Shown: positions 1 to 10,206 of the stretch, in pieces
Position numbering within the stretch: the first letter of the stretch is position 1
How the letters are laid out: each line of letters starts with the position of its first letter
Assembly: GCA_963677435.1 (NCBI GenBank)
Contig: OY781945.1
Span: 1,600,001-1,664,000, forward strand
Source: an uncultured Aliarcobacter sp.
Lineage (GTDB): Bacteria; Campylobacterota; Campylobacteria; Campylobacterales; Arcobacteraceae
DNA: 64,000 nucleotides
Direction of reading: 5' to 3'
The notes under the pieces: generated by a model
What the model was told of the DNA's origin: nothing
The model's database searches: none
What the model saw: the letters and a program-made list of their open reading frames with translations, nothing else
Position numbers and translations under genes: made by a program

Positions 1-1011
1 TAAAAGGGGATAAATTTGGCTATCTTTATTTGTTTCTGCAATTACATTTATCATTAAATTTAAATTTTTTGATGTAATTGTTGGCTCTTTGATAATCTCT
101 TTTATTTTTACAAATTCAGAGATACTAACCATGTTACCTTGTTTATTCATAATTTTTAAAGTTTGAAGTTTTGCTTTTAAATCATCTGCTGTTGAGTTTT
201 CTAATAATCTTGAATCATTGAGTCTTAAGAAAATTGGAATCTGATTTTGAGCATTACTTTGATTTATAACTGATACTTTCATTCCCTCAAAAGCTAAAAA
301 AAGTATATTTTTTATTTGTTCTAAATCTACATTGCTCATAATTGCTTTTGAATTATCAAGTTCAAGTTCATACATAACAAAATCTTTGTCAGCTAAAATA
401 TCAATATCAACCAAAGTTGTTTGATTTTTAAGTATTTGAGCTATCTTTAAAGCAAAATCTCTTCTACTTTGAAAAGTATTTCCCCCATAAATTTCCGTCA
501 CGATTGAAGCTAAAACAGGAGGACCAGCTGGAAGTTCAATAAATTTTATATTTGCATCATATAAAGAAGAACAGTTCTTTTGAACTTCGTCTCTTAGTTG
601 ACTTACAAGATTGTAACTTGTGATATTTCTATCTTCTTGTTTTAAAATATTTACCATCATTTCAGCTTGTGATTCTTTGTCTTTTAGTGCACTTTGTTTC
701 ACAAGTGCTGCAAAATCAAGAGGTTGACCTTCACCAATAAATGCAGATATATTTGTAATATTTTTATCTTTTTGAAGATGTTCTGCAATACATTGGGTAA
801 CTTCTTTTGTTTGATTTATACTTGAACCATCTTTTAAATCCACATAAATAGAAAAAGTATCTGAATCCTTACTTGGAAGCATTTTTGCTTTTATGATTTG
901 TGTTGGAAAAGTAGCAAGACTTAAAATAAACAAAACTAAAGTAATAAAATAAACCAGATAAGATTTAAAAGGACTTTGTAAAATACTGTAAATAAATTTT
1001 TCTAATCTCAT
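1..1011 (-). CDS. RND (AcrB-family) efflux transporter, C-terminal half encoded as a separate gene; runs off the window edge
   Basis: Not in the ORF track. ATG at 1011 preceded by AGGA. Translates MRLEKFIYSILQSPFKSYLVYF...KAKMLPSKDSDTFSIYVDLKDGSS...ELPAGPPVLASIV, typical of the second repeat of AcrB-like proteins. Confidence 0.85.
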   Translation of the reverse strand, partial: MRLEKFIYSILQSPFKSYLVYFITLVLFILSLATFPTQIIKAKMLPSKDSDTFSIYVDLKDGSSINQTKEVTQCIAEHLQKDKNITNISAFIGEGQPLDFAALVKQSALKDKESQAEMMVNILKQEDRNITSYNLVSQLRDEVQKNCSSLYDANIKFIELPAGPPVLASIVTEIYGGNTFQSRRDFALKIAQILKNQTTLVDIDILADKDFVMYELELDNSKAIMSNVDLEQIKNILFLAFEGMKVSVINQSNAQNQIPIFLRLNDSRLLENSTADDLKAKLQTLKIMNKQGNMVSISEFVKIKEIIKEPTITSKNLNLMINVIAETNKDSQIYPLL

Positions 1012-1019
1012 ATAAAATC

Positions 1020-2588
1020 CTATAAAAATTTTCTAACTAAATAAGGTGTAAATGCATAAGCTACAAAAAGTGACATGGCTAAAGAAATAGGAACAAAAAC
1101 AGGAAGAGGGTGCATAAATTGCCCCATCATCCCACCTACAAAAAACATAGGAATAAAAGTCATTATAATGGCTATTGTTGCTATATTTGTAGCATTTCCT
1201 ATCTCATTTGTAGCATTTATTGAAACAATAGATATATCCATGCTAGGTGATTCTTTCTTGTGCCTATGAATATTTTCAATTACAATAATTGCTGCATCCA
1301 CTAACATTCCTAAAGATACAATAAGAGCAAAAAGTGTAATTCTATTTATTGTTTCCCCAAGAATAAATCCTGTAAAAAGTGTCAAAGATAAAATCATAGG
1401 AACCATTAAAGACACAATCATTGCTTCTTTTAATCCAAGTGTAAAAATTAATAAAATAGCAATAATAACAATAGAGATAAAAAGATTTGATACAAGATCA
1501 TTTACCGCGTTATTTGCTGTATATCCATCATCTCTTGTGATAATATATCTAATGTTTTTAGCTAATAATTCATCTTTTATAGAATCCATATAAGCAAAAA
1601 TCTCTTTATTTATAGTTACAGAATTACTTCCTTTTAGTTTCGAAGCTGTTAGTGTAATTTGTTCGGTTTGTTCAAAATCTTCAATAACATCTCTTGTATA
1701 AAGTAAAGCCTCTTTTTTATTTTGGATTTCATAAGATTTTTCTACTTTTGCTATATCTTTTAGATAAACAGGAGTTTGAAAATTATAAGAGATAATTAGA
1801 TTTTCCAAATCATTTACATTTTCAATTGCTTGTTTTATTCCAAAAACTACAAGAGAAGAGTTTTGAGTATTTGTTGTTATATTTGGAGTTTTATATGAAA
1901 GAGCCTGAATTTGTTTCATAACTTGGCCCAAAGAAAGATTGTAAGCTGATAATTTATTTGCATCAACCATTACATTAAATTGTTCTTTTTTTTCACCTTT
2001 TAAATCTACTAAAGCTACATCTTTAATCTTATTTATCTCTTTTGTAATCTTACTTACTTCATTGTAAAGTTGAGTTTGAGAAATAGCATCTTTATCATTA
2101 AGTTTATTTATTTTATTTGCATAAAATGCAATTGTAGCTATTGGAATATCTGTATCTATATCCATTGTTTTAATTATGGGTTGCATTGCATTTTGGGGCA
2201 TTAAATCCATATTTCTCATAACTTGATCATAAAGTTTTAGGTTAGATTCTTCTTTGTCTTGTCCTATAAAATATTGAACTTGTACGATTCCCACTGAATC
2301 TTTTGCAAATGAGTAGATATTTTCAACACCTTTTATCTCTTTTATTTTCTTTTCAAGTGGTTCAATTATCACCTTTTGTATTTCGCTAGGCTTTGCTCCT
2401 GGAAGTGCTACGATTACTACTCCACCACTTACTTTGATTTGAGGATTTTCTTCCCTTGGCATAACAATTAGTGAAATATATCCTAAGGCTAAAATAAAAA
2501 TACCCAAAATAAAAGTTAAAGGATGATTTATAAAAATAAGAGATAATCTTCCTGCTATATTTAGATCTTTATTTAAATTATTGTTCAT
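1020..2588 (-). CDS. RND (AcrB-family) efflux transporter, N-terminal half (522 aa)
   Basis: PREENPQI, PGA..EI...I..PLE and TM4 motif GMLVDAAIIVIENIHR; ends after the TM6 equivalent. Confidence 0.9.
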   Translation of the reverse strand: MNNNLNKDLNIAGRLSLIFINHPLTFILGIFILALGYISLIVMPREENPQIKVSGGVVIVALPGAKPSEIQKVIIEPLEKKIKEIKGVENIYSFAKDSVGIVQVQYFIGQDKEESNLKLYDQVMRNMDLMPQNAMQPIIKTMDIDTDIPIATIAFYANKINKLNDKDAISQTQLYNEVSKITKEINKIKDVALVDLKGEKKEQFNVMVDANKLSAYNLSLGQVMKQIQALSYKTPNITTNTQNSSLVVFGIKQAIENVNDLENLIISYNFQTPVYLKDIAKVEKSYEIQNKKEALLYTRDVIEDFEQTEQITLTASKLKGSNSVTINKEIFAYMDSIKDELLAKNIRYIITRDDGYTANNAVNDLVSNLFISIVIIAILLIFTLGLKEAMIVSLMVPMILSLTLFTGFILGETINRITLFALIVSLGMLVDAAIIVIENIHRHKKESPSMDISIVSINATNEIGNATNIATIAIIMTFIPMFFVGGMMGQFMHPLPVFVPISLAMSLFVAYAFTPYLVRKFL

Positions 2589-2596
2589 TTATTTTC

Positions 2597-3349
2597 CTAT
2601 TTTATATTCATTGAAATTTTTGAATACATTCCTGGATAAATATTGTAATTTTCTTTATTAAAAGAGATTTTAATTACAAAAGAGTGGGTCATTTCTGTTG
2701 TATTTGGAATAATAGCTTCTATTTTACCTTTTGTTTTAAAATTTTGTGAAGGAATTTCAATATCAACTTCTTGATTTATTTTTACATCATTTAGATTTGT
2801 TTCAGAAATATCAGCTTTTATTAAAAGAGATGATAAATCAGTAAGAACCAAAGCTGGGAAACTAGGCATTGCCATTTCACCTGCTTTTATTGATTTTTTT
2901 ATAATTAATCCATCATTTGGAGCTTTGATTTTTAGATAATCATATTGAGTATTTATCTCTTTTAATTTTGCTTTTGTAATTGCTATCATATTTTTTGTAT
3001 TAAGTAGGTTTAATTCAATTTGTTCTAAATCATATTTTGAAACTAAATCTTGCTCTTGTAATCTTTTATATCTGCTGTGATTTAGTTCTATATTTTGAAG
3101 TTGATTTTGTTGAATTTGAAGACTTAATTCTAACTCTTTTTTATTTGAATCAATAGAAGAAGAGTCAATTTCATATAAAATATCACCTTTTTTAACTTTT
3201 GAGCCTTCATTTACATAAACCTCTTTTATAAAACCCATATTTCTACTTGAGATTACTTTTTCATTATCAGAAACTACAGTTCCTGAAAGTTCAAGTTGTG
3301 ATGCAAATAGATTTACACAAAAAATAGTTGTTAATAGTATTTTTATCAT
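2597..3349 (-). CDS. RND periplasmic adaptor (membrane fusion protein)
   Basis: Lipoyl/barrel-sandwich motifs G.I..V.V.EG..VKKGD.L and I.AP.DG.I, a coiled coil, and PGM near the C-terminus. Confidence 0.9.
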   Translation of the reverse strand: MIKILLTTIFCVNLFASQLELSGTVVSDNEKVISSRNMGFIKEVYVNEGSKVKKGDILYEIDSSSIDSNKKELELSLQIQQNQLQNIELNHSRYKRLQEQDLVSKYDLEQIELNLLNTKNMIAITKAKLKEINTQYDYLKIKAPNDGLIIKKSIKAGEMAMPSFPALVLTDLSSLLIKADISETNLNDVKINQEVDIEIPSQNFKTKGKIEAIIPNTTEMTHSFVIKISFNKENYNIYPGMYSKISMNIK

Positions 3350-4698
3350 TAGTTATTTTCCTTATTTATATTTTTTCCTAAAGCAAGATTTATTTTAGCT
3401 AGTGCTAAAGATTTTTCATATCTAGCTTCAATCAATAAAGCTTCTTGTTTTCTATAATTTGCCTCTTGTGAAAGTAGGGTTGTCATTGAAATCAGATGAT
3501 TTTGATATAAAAGTTTTGATTGTTCTAATACTTCATTTGCAAGATTTTTAGCTTCCATTTTTTCTTTTAGAATTTTCTCTTTTGTTTCAAGATTTAAAGT
3601 GGTCTTTTTTAGTTCTAATTTTATGGCATCTTTTAGTTTTTCTTTATTTAATGAAGCTTTAGCATACTCAATTTTACTTTTTTGTTTTTCAATATCTCTT
3701 GTATCATCAAATAAAGTAAGATTTACTCCCACAAGTGCCATATAGTAGTCTTTATCATCATTTAAAGTTAAGGTATCATCATTAAATCCATATTCTAAAT
3801 GGGAATAAACGCTAGGATAATAAGCTGAGTTTGCAATATCAATATTTTTTTTACTAGCATTGATTTGAATATCTTGTATTTTAATCTCATCTCTATTTTC
3901 TAAAGCTTGAGTATAAAGCAGATTTTCTTGTGGTATATCAAAACTTATATTTTCAAGAGTTCCCACATCACTTATTGAATCATCTGATGATAAAAATCTT
4001 AAATATGCTAAGGCTAATTCAAAATTATTCTTAGCTTCAATTAATTGAGCATTTATATTTAATTCATAAACTTTTGCTTCGTTTACATCTATTTTAGTAG
4101 TTAAGCCCTCTTTATGAAAAGCAAGTGCAGATTTTGAAATTTGCATTATTGCAACTTTGGCTTTTTCCAAAGCTTTTGTAAAATCCTTTGCAACGACTGC
4201 ACTATTGTAAGCTTTTAAAACTTCTAAACTTAACTCTTTTTTGTCAAGATTGTATTTTATCTCATTTGCTTTTTCTTGAAGTCTCAAAATATCTTTTTGA
4301 TTTGAGAGCTTAAAACCTGTAAATAAAGGAATTTCATAAATTAGTTTAGTATTAAAGTTGTTTCTAGCATCTGGATAGTTTAAATCTTTGGGTTGAACAT
4401 CCATTCCCTCATTTTGTTGTGAAAATCCAAAATCTCTAAAAGTAGCTTCCCTTGAAGATAATTTCGAATTAAAAACATATCCTGCATGATTTGTTCTGCT
4501 TATTTCTTCTGTTATTGAAAGTTTCCCATAATTTATAGAGTCAATCATTTTTGAATCTAGTTTTGATGAGTCTAAATTTAGTTCTTGTTGTTTTAAATCT
4601 TTACTATTTTTTAAAGTTTGTTCTAAAACTTCATCAAAGTTTACACTTTGAGCATAAGTTAAAGAGGCAAGTAATAAAGATAAATAAATCTTATGCAT
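3349..4698 (-). CDS. TolC-family outer membrane efflux protein
   Basis: Signal peptide, repeated helical outer-membrane efflux domains (IPLFTGF, A.SAYYP); first gene of the efflux operon. Confidence 0.88.
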   Translation of the reverse strand: MHKIYLSLLLASLTYAQSVNFDEVLEQTLKNSKDLKQQELNLDSSKLDSKMIDSINYGKLSITEEISRTNHAGYVFNSKLSSREATFRDFGFSQQNEGMDVQPKDLNYPDARNNFNTKLIYEIPLFTGFKLSNQKDILRLQEKANEIKYNLDKKELSLEVLKAYNSAVVAKDFTKALEKAKVAIMQISKSALAFHKEGLTTKIDVNEAKVYELNINAQLIEAKNNFELALAYLRFLSSDDSISDVGTLENISFDIPQENLLYTQALENRDEIKIQDIQINASKKNIDIANSAYYPSVYSHLEYGFNDDTLTLNDDKDYYMALVGVNLTLFDDTRDIEKQKSKIEYAKASLNKEKLKDAIKLELKKTTLNLETKEKILKEKMEAKNLANEVLEQSKLLYQNHLISMTTLLSQEANYRKQEALLIEARYEKSLALAKINLALGKNINKENN

Positions 4699-4995
4699 TA
4701 AATAATCCTATACGGGTTTAAATTTTTACTATTATACAGCAATAAAAGGTAACTGTAGCAATTAAATTATAAAAATTAATTATATAAGATATATTCTTAA
4801 ATATTATAATATGTAATTAATTGAAGATTTAAAAGATAAAAAATAGATTGAAAAACTGCTTCATAAATGTTTGAAATAATTGTAAAAGAATAAAAAGTGA
4901 GTTAAAAGTCGTAAATGGAAGTTTAGAGTATGAAAATAAGTTGCTATTATGCAAACTTTATTTTCATTTTACTATTAAATAAATTTAATAGGTAG

Positions 4996-5724
4996 TTATT
5001 TAAAGGATTGGGCTAGATTTCCTATAATTAGCTGCCAACCATCAATTATGATAAAAAAGATGATTTTAATAGGTAAGGAGATCATAACTGGTGGAAGCAT
5101 CATCATCCCTAAACTCATTAATATGGATGCTACAATAATATCAATTACTAGAAAAGGTAAGAAGATTAAGAATCCAATTTCAAAAGCAGTTCTTAGCTCA
5201 CTTACTATAAACGATGGCATTAAAAGTGTTAAAGGAACATCATCTATATTTTTAGGATTTGGCTCTTTTTTAATTCTATAAAATAGTGCTAAATCAGATT
5301 CTCTAGTGTTTTTTATCATAAATTCTTTAAAGGGCTGAATCCCTTTTTGAAAGGCAACTTCATAACCTATTTTTTCGTCCATGTAAGGTTTTATACCTTC
5401 TTCCCAAGATTTCTTTCCATAGGGTTCCATTATAAATATTGTTAATATCAATGATAATGAGATTACTATTTGAGTAGGAGGTGTTTGTTGTAAACCCATA
5501 GCTTGTCTCAAAAGTGAAAATACTATAATAAGTCTTGTAAAAGATGTAACCATTAGTATTAGTGTCGGTGCTAATACCATTAGCGTTAAAATAAGAGCTA
5601 TATTAATAGTTTTTACAAACTGCGCAGGTTCATTTATACCTGAAACAGAAAGATTAACTATAGGCGCTGTATCTGCTGCAAAGGCAAAAATAGAAAGTAG
5701 TAAAAGGGTGATTATAAATTTCAA
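4996..5724 (-). CDS. fliP: Flagellar export apparatus protein FliP
   Basis: TSFTR.IIVFS.LRQA.G.QQTPP, SEL.TAF.IGF, LMSLGMMMLPP..ISLP.K motifs. Confidence 0.97.
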   Translation of the reverse strand: MKFIITLLLLSIFAFAADTAPIVNLSVSGINEPAQFVKTINIALILTLMVLAPTLILMVTSFTRLIIVFSLLRQAMGLQQTPPTQIVISLSLILTIFIMEPYGKKSWEEGIKPYMDEKIGYEVAFQKGIQPFKEFMIKNTRESDLALFYRIKKEPNPKNIDDVPLTLLMPSFIVSELRTAFEIGFLIFLPFLVIDIIVASILMSLGMMMLPPVMISLPIKIIFFIIIDGWQLIIGNLAQSFK

Positions 5725-5793
5725 AAGAAATCCTATTTTAAAAATAAAAAATATAGTATCTAAAACTTTATTAAAATGATATAATCATTAATT

Positions 5794-7572
5794 TTACTCT
5801 TTAGGTTTTATATAACCTAATTCATCCAATTTATCGTAAATCTTGCTTACAATTTCACCTGCAGCTTCTCCACCATGTCCACCATGTTCTTCTATTATCG
5901 TTACAACATACTGAGGATTTTCAAATGGTCCATAAGTTGTAATCCAAGCATGAGATCTTTCATAATATTGTAATTCACTCTCTTTCATTCTTACTTTTTC
6001 AGCTTGAGGAATTGATACAACTTGAGCAGTTCCTGTTTTTGCCGCAATTGTAATTTTAGAGTTAATATGTCTACTAGCTGTTCCTTTTGGTGCATAAGAA
6101 ACATCATACATACCTTTTCTGATAATATCTAAATATTCAGATGGAATATCTACAGTTTTTGGTTCTTCATAATTTGCTTTATAAAAGTGAGGTTTAGGTA
6201 ATTTTCCTGTTGCAATATAACTTGTATATCTAGCTATTTGTAAAGGAGTTACTAGCATATTTCCTTGACCTATTGATGTAATTACTGTTTCTCCAACATA
6301 CCAAGGTTGCTTATATTTATTCTCTTTCCACTCTTTATTTGGGTTAACTCCCACAAATTCATTTATTTGATCAACTCCTGTTTGTTGACCAAAACCTAAT
6401 TTATCTAATGTATGAGAAATTTTATTAATACCAATTTTTAAACTACCTTTATAAAAAAAGTCATCACAACTTTCAGCTATTGCTCTTCTAAAAGTTACAA
6501 CTCCATGTCCTGTTGATTTCCAACATCTAAAGTTTCTATTTCCAATAGTTAATGATCCTGAACAATTAACTGTAAAATTTTCTTTTACACCATTATCTAA
6601 AAATGCTAATGCAACTCCCATTTTAATAACAGAACCAGGAGGATAAAGACCATTTATAATTTTATTTGTAAATGGATGATTAAAATCATTTCTCATCTCA
6701 TTCCACTCTTTTACTGAAATTCCACGAGCAAAAATATTATTATCAAATTCTGGAAAAGAAGCTGATGCTAATATTTCTCCATTATTAGAATTCATTACAA
6801 CAACTGCACCACTTTTTCCTGTAAATATCTCTTGAATATATTTTTGTAATCTTATATCTAATGATATTTGGATGTTATTATCAATCGAAGCTGGTTTTTC
6901 ATTTAAAATTTCTATTTCTTGATTTAAAGCATTTACTTTTACATCTTTATAACCCATTTCACCTTGCAGTTTTGTGTTATAAAATTTTTCTAAACCATTT
7001 TTACCAATTATTCCATTATAAGTTGATAATTCATTATTTAATATATCAAGTTTTGAAGCTTTTCCAACATATCCAATAATATGTGAAGCTACCTCTTTTT
7101 GAGGGTAATATCTTTTTGTAGAAGATTCGATTTTAATATCTTCTTTTGATGATAAAATTGTATATTTAGGAAAAAACTCTTTATAAGGGATATAATCTAC
7201 AATACTTATGAAATCATGATTATACGATGAGTCATTTCTTTTATACTCTTTTATTAATTTGTCTTTTTCAAATTGAGGAAACTCTTTTATAATAGAATCT
7301 ACGATTTGTTCTAGTTTCTCTTTATGTTTATAAGAGCTTAAATGTGGTCTAATAAGAATAGAAAAGCCCATTTCATTAATAGCTAATTTCTCACCATTTC
7401 TATCTTCTATCATTCCTCTAATTGGCACTTTGTTGATTCTTTTTATGTAATTATTTTTTGATAATTCTTCATAATAAGTGTTTGATTTAATACTTAAAAA
7501 ATAGACCCTTGATAATAAAGTTATCATGATTCCAAGTATTATTAAAAAAATTAGTGTTAGTCTTATATTCAA
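5794..7572 (-). CDS. mrdA: Penicillin-binding protein 2
   Basis: RG.I.DRNG, YPPGSVIK (SxxK), SCD (SxN/D) and KTGTAQ motifs. Confidence 0.95.
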   Translation of the reverse strand: MNIRLTLIFLIILGIMITLLSRVYFLSIKSNTYYEELSKNNYIKRINKVPIRGMIEDRNGEKLAINEMGFSILIRPHLSSYKHKEKLEQIVDSIIKEFPQFEKDKLIKEYKRNDSSYNHDFISIVDYIPYKEFFPKYTILSSKEDIKIESSTKRYYPQKEVASHIIGYVGKASKLDILNNELSTYNGIIGKNGLEKFYNTKLQGEMGYKDVKVNALNQEIEILNEKPASIDNNIQISLDIRLQKYIQEIFTGKSGAVVVMNSNNGEILASASFPEFDNNIFARGISVKEWNEMRNDFNHPFTNKIINGLYPPGSVIKMGVALAFLDNGVKENFTVNCSGSLTIGNRNFRCWKSTGHGVVTFRRAIAESCDDFFYKGSLKIGINKISHTLDKLGFGQQTGVDQINEFVGVNPNKEWKENKYKQPWYVGETVITSIGQGNMLVTPLQIARYTSYIATGKLPKPHFYKANYEEPKTVDIPSEYLDIIRKGMYDVSYAPKGTASRHINSKITIAAKTGTAQVVSIPQAEKVRMKESELQYYERSHAWITTYGPFENPQYVVTIIEEHGGHGGEAAGEIVSKIYDKLDELGYIKPKE

Positions 7573-8009
7573 AGAAATACTCCAAAAAATATTAAATCTA
7601 TAATTATATTAATAGCTAATGTAATTAAAATATGTGTGTTTAGTCCAAAAATAATTGACCAAAGAATTAATAAGCCAATATAAAAAAATATTATATAAAT
7701 ATAACTGCTTGATAAATTATAAGATGTATGTTTTTCATCTTTAGGTAGAATAAAAATATAGATAAAAAGTGACAGAAGTGTCAAAGTAAATGGTTTTAAA
7801 CCTGTATTTATTTCAATAAATAAAAATGCAATTACTACAAAAGTCAAAGAGTATAAATATCTTTTTCTAAGACATCTATAAAAAGCAGTAAACAAGATAC
7901 CCGCGAACATAATTAATAAAAAATGTATAGAAGCAATGGCATTAATTGTAATTGCTATAAGTAGTACAATAAATAAGAAAATTGGATTATCTAGATTGTT
8001 TCTTGTCAT
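7569..8009 (-). CDS. Integral membrane protein, possibly MreD-like
   Basis: Hydrophobic 146-aa protein overlapping the mrdA start; the MreD guess is positional only. Confidence 0.55.
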   Translation of the reverse strand: MTRNNLDNPIFLFIVLLIAITINAIASIHFLLIMFAGILFTAFYRCLRKRYLYSLTFVVIAFLFIEINTGLKPFTLTLLSLFIYIFILPKDEKHTSYNLSSSYIYIIFFYIGLLILWSIIFGLNTHILITLAINIIIDLIFFGVFL

Positions 8010-8071
8010 ATAAATTTTATGCTTTATTTTTGATTATCAAAGATTATAGTATAAAAAATCTTATAGGAATA

Positions 8072-8389
8072 TCAAATATTATTTGTGCTTCTTTCTTTTA
8101 TTTTTTCATTTATATTATTTTTATTTTTTGATAGGTCATATATATAAGAAAATATTTCAGCAACGGCTTTATACATAGAATCAGGAATCTCTTTATCAAT
8201 ATCAATTTGGGATAAAAGTTCTATTAAATCTTCATCTTTTTTAATTGGAATATTATTTTCTTTTGCAATTTTGATAATATTTGTAGCAGTTTCTCCTTTT
8301 CCTTTTGCAATAACTTTTGGAGCATTATCTTTTTCTATATCATATTTTAGTGCAACTGATTTTTGAATGAAATTTTTATTATCTTGCAT
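8072..8389 (-). CDS. FlhB C-terminal-domain-like protein (EscU/YscU/FlhX type)
   Basis: VAL.Y......AP.V.AKG.G..A..I...A....IP and IP...Y.AVAE motifs. Confidence 0.9.
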   Translation of the reverse strand: MQDNKNFIQKSVALKYDIEKDNAPKVIAKGKGETATNIIKIAKENNIPIKKDEDLIELLSQIDIDKEIPDSMYKAVAEIFSYIYDLSKNKNNINEKIKERSTNNI

Positions 8390-8390
8390 T

Positions 8391-10148
8391 TTATACCCTT
8401 ATATCTACGCCAGAATTTGGATTTAAATTCTGATTATAACCATTATTTATATAAGCTTGAGTTGGTTTGTCTTTTGACTCATCTCCCTCTTTTAAATCTA
8501 ATATTTTTATATTTACAGGAATTAAACGAACACTATTTAGTGCAACTTTTAGTTTTTGCATATTTTCTTGTAAAGCAGTTTTAAAGTGTTCTCTTTGTGC
8601 ATAAATAGTTAAATCAAGCTTATTTTTATCATATAAAGCTAACATCAAATCAACTTTTCCAAAATCTTTTAAGGTCAGATTTATTTGGCAATAAAACTTC
8701 TCTTCATCAGTTTTTTTCATAGAGATATTTCCATCTTCAAGCATATCCCAAAGAAAAGGAAGATATACACTATTTGAGTTTGAACTTAGCGATAAAAGTT
8801 GTTGATAATCAATTTGAGTTAAAAGCTTATCTATTTGTTTATTTAATTCTTGGGATTTTTGATCAGTTTTTGAAGATAATTCATCTTGCATTTTTAATAG
8901 AACGGTTTTCATATCTTCATTTATATTAGAATTATCATTTTTTTGCAAAGTAGGATTTGAAATATCTTTTATTATGTTCTCTATTTTTTCTACTAACTTT
9001 GCTACTTGATTTTGCATATTATGTTCAGTTGGATTAAGATTTTCTAAACTTTGTTTTAAATCACTTAATAATGGATTCAAATTTGATGCAAAATTACTTG
9101 TAAAAGTGCTTAAATTATTTTGACTAAGTAAAGTAGATAAATTTTCATTTTTTGCAAATAGATTATCCATTTTTAAAAGATTATCAAGTAAAGGCATTAT
9201 ATTTTTATTTTGTAAAATTGGGTTTTGAACTAGCTCATTTTTAAGTTGAGTTAATAACTCTTTTGTTTGAGTATTTATAATCTCTTTTGTTTGCAAGTTT
9301 GTTTGAATATTTGATTGAGTTAAAGTATTCTCTTTAATTAAAGGATTAAGTTCTTGTTTTGTTTGCGTCAATGTTGATGTTTGTGTTTCTTTATTTTGAA
9401 CTATAACATTCTCTTTTGCTTGCAAATTTTGATTATTTAGTGTATTTTCAATTTTTGATTCTACAAGTGTTCCCTCATTTACAATGTTTTGCAATTGATT
9501 TGTAAGGTTTGATAAACTTTGCGTTTGGGGTTTAGAAAGTGAATTTGTTAAATTTTGTAAAGCACTTGAAAGTGTTTTTAGATTTGTCAAATTAGCATTT
9601 GCATCACTATTATTTGGTGTTTGAAGAATTTTTGTTATAAGTTCATTTACTTGTTTTGCTTGGGGCGTATTTAAATCTTTTATCAAGTTTTGAATTTGAT
9701 TTAATATATTTTCAACTTTTGCATTTGGATTCTGAGCCATTTTTGACTCCAAAAAAACACCTGAATTTTTTAGTTGTTCTTTTAGTGTATTTGCATCCAT
9801 ATCTTTTATATTTTTTAGGAAATTTTCTAAAATTGGTTTGAATTTTTCTAAAGTTGGATTTCCATCTTCTGAGGTTATTGATTCTAGCATTGAAGAAAGA
9901 GAGTTTGAAAAAGTACCCATTTCTTTAAATACAGTAGAGTTTTTTAGCATATTTTCAATGCTAGAGTTCGATTTTGTACCATTTTTTAAATTGTCAAATA
10001 AATCTTTTAAAACATCACTTACCGAGGCACTACTATTTTTTACTAATTGTTCTAATGTTTTTGAATCGGCTTCTTTTAATGCTTCTTTTAAAACTTTGTT
10101 ATCATTTGGTAATAGTATATTTAATAAAGGATTATTTGTTACTAACAT
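8391..10148 (-). CDS. fliK: Flagellar hook-length control protein FliK-like
   Basis: Long N/Q/L/T-rich region, SG.F.E.K motif and C-terminal L.L..FG.V domain; adjacent to the FlhB-like gene. Start moved to ATG 10148. Confidence 0.75.
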   Translation of the reverse strand: MLVTNNPLLNILLPNDNKVLKEALKEADSKTLEQLVKNSSASVSDVLKDLFDNLKNGTKSNSSIENMLKNSTVFKEMGTFSNSLSSMLESITSEDGNPTLEKFKPILENFLKNIKDMDANTLKEQLKNSGVFLESKMAQNPNAKVENILNQIQNLIKDLNTPQAKQVNELITKILQTPNNSDANANLTNLKTLSSALQNLTNSLSKPQTQSLSNLTNQLQNIVNEGTLVESKIENTLNNQNLQAKENVIVQNKETQTSTLTQTKQELNPLIKENTLTQSNIQTNLQTKEIINTQTKELLTQLKNELVQNPILQNKNIMPLLDNLLKMDNLFAKNENLSTLLSQNNLSTFTSNFASNLNPLLSDLKQSLENLNPTEHNMQNQVAKLVEKIENIIKDISNPTLQKNDNSNINEDMKTVLLKMQDELSSKTDQKSQELNKQIDKLLTQIDYQQLLSLSSNSNSVYLPFLWDMLEDGNISMKKTDEEKFYCQINLTLKDFGKVDLMLALYDKNKLDLTIYAQREHFKTALQENMQKLKVALNSVRLIPVNIKILDLKEGDESKDKPTQAYINNGYNQNLNPNSGVDIRV

Positions 10149-10206
10149 GGCAAAGTATAACATAATCTACATGATTGCTACACAAATATTTAGATACAAT
10201 TTTGCC
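10149..10206. promoter_or_regulatory. Back-to-back -10 elements for two apparently leaderless divergent genes
   Basis: Minus strand: TG-T-TATACT (10154-10162) 5 nt before the fliK ATG. Plus strand: TACAAT (10195-10200) 6 nt before ATG 10207. No Shine-Dalgarno on either side. Confidence 0.65.

Noticed and set aside
9240..9440. Repetitive Q/T/N/K-rich coding sequence in fliK
   Set aside because: Imperfect low-complexity repeats are normal for the FliK ruler region.
9838..10206. N-terminal extension of the 287-aa track ORF
   Set aside because: It overlaps fliK on the opposite strand; the Tat signal and -10 box place the start at 10207.
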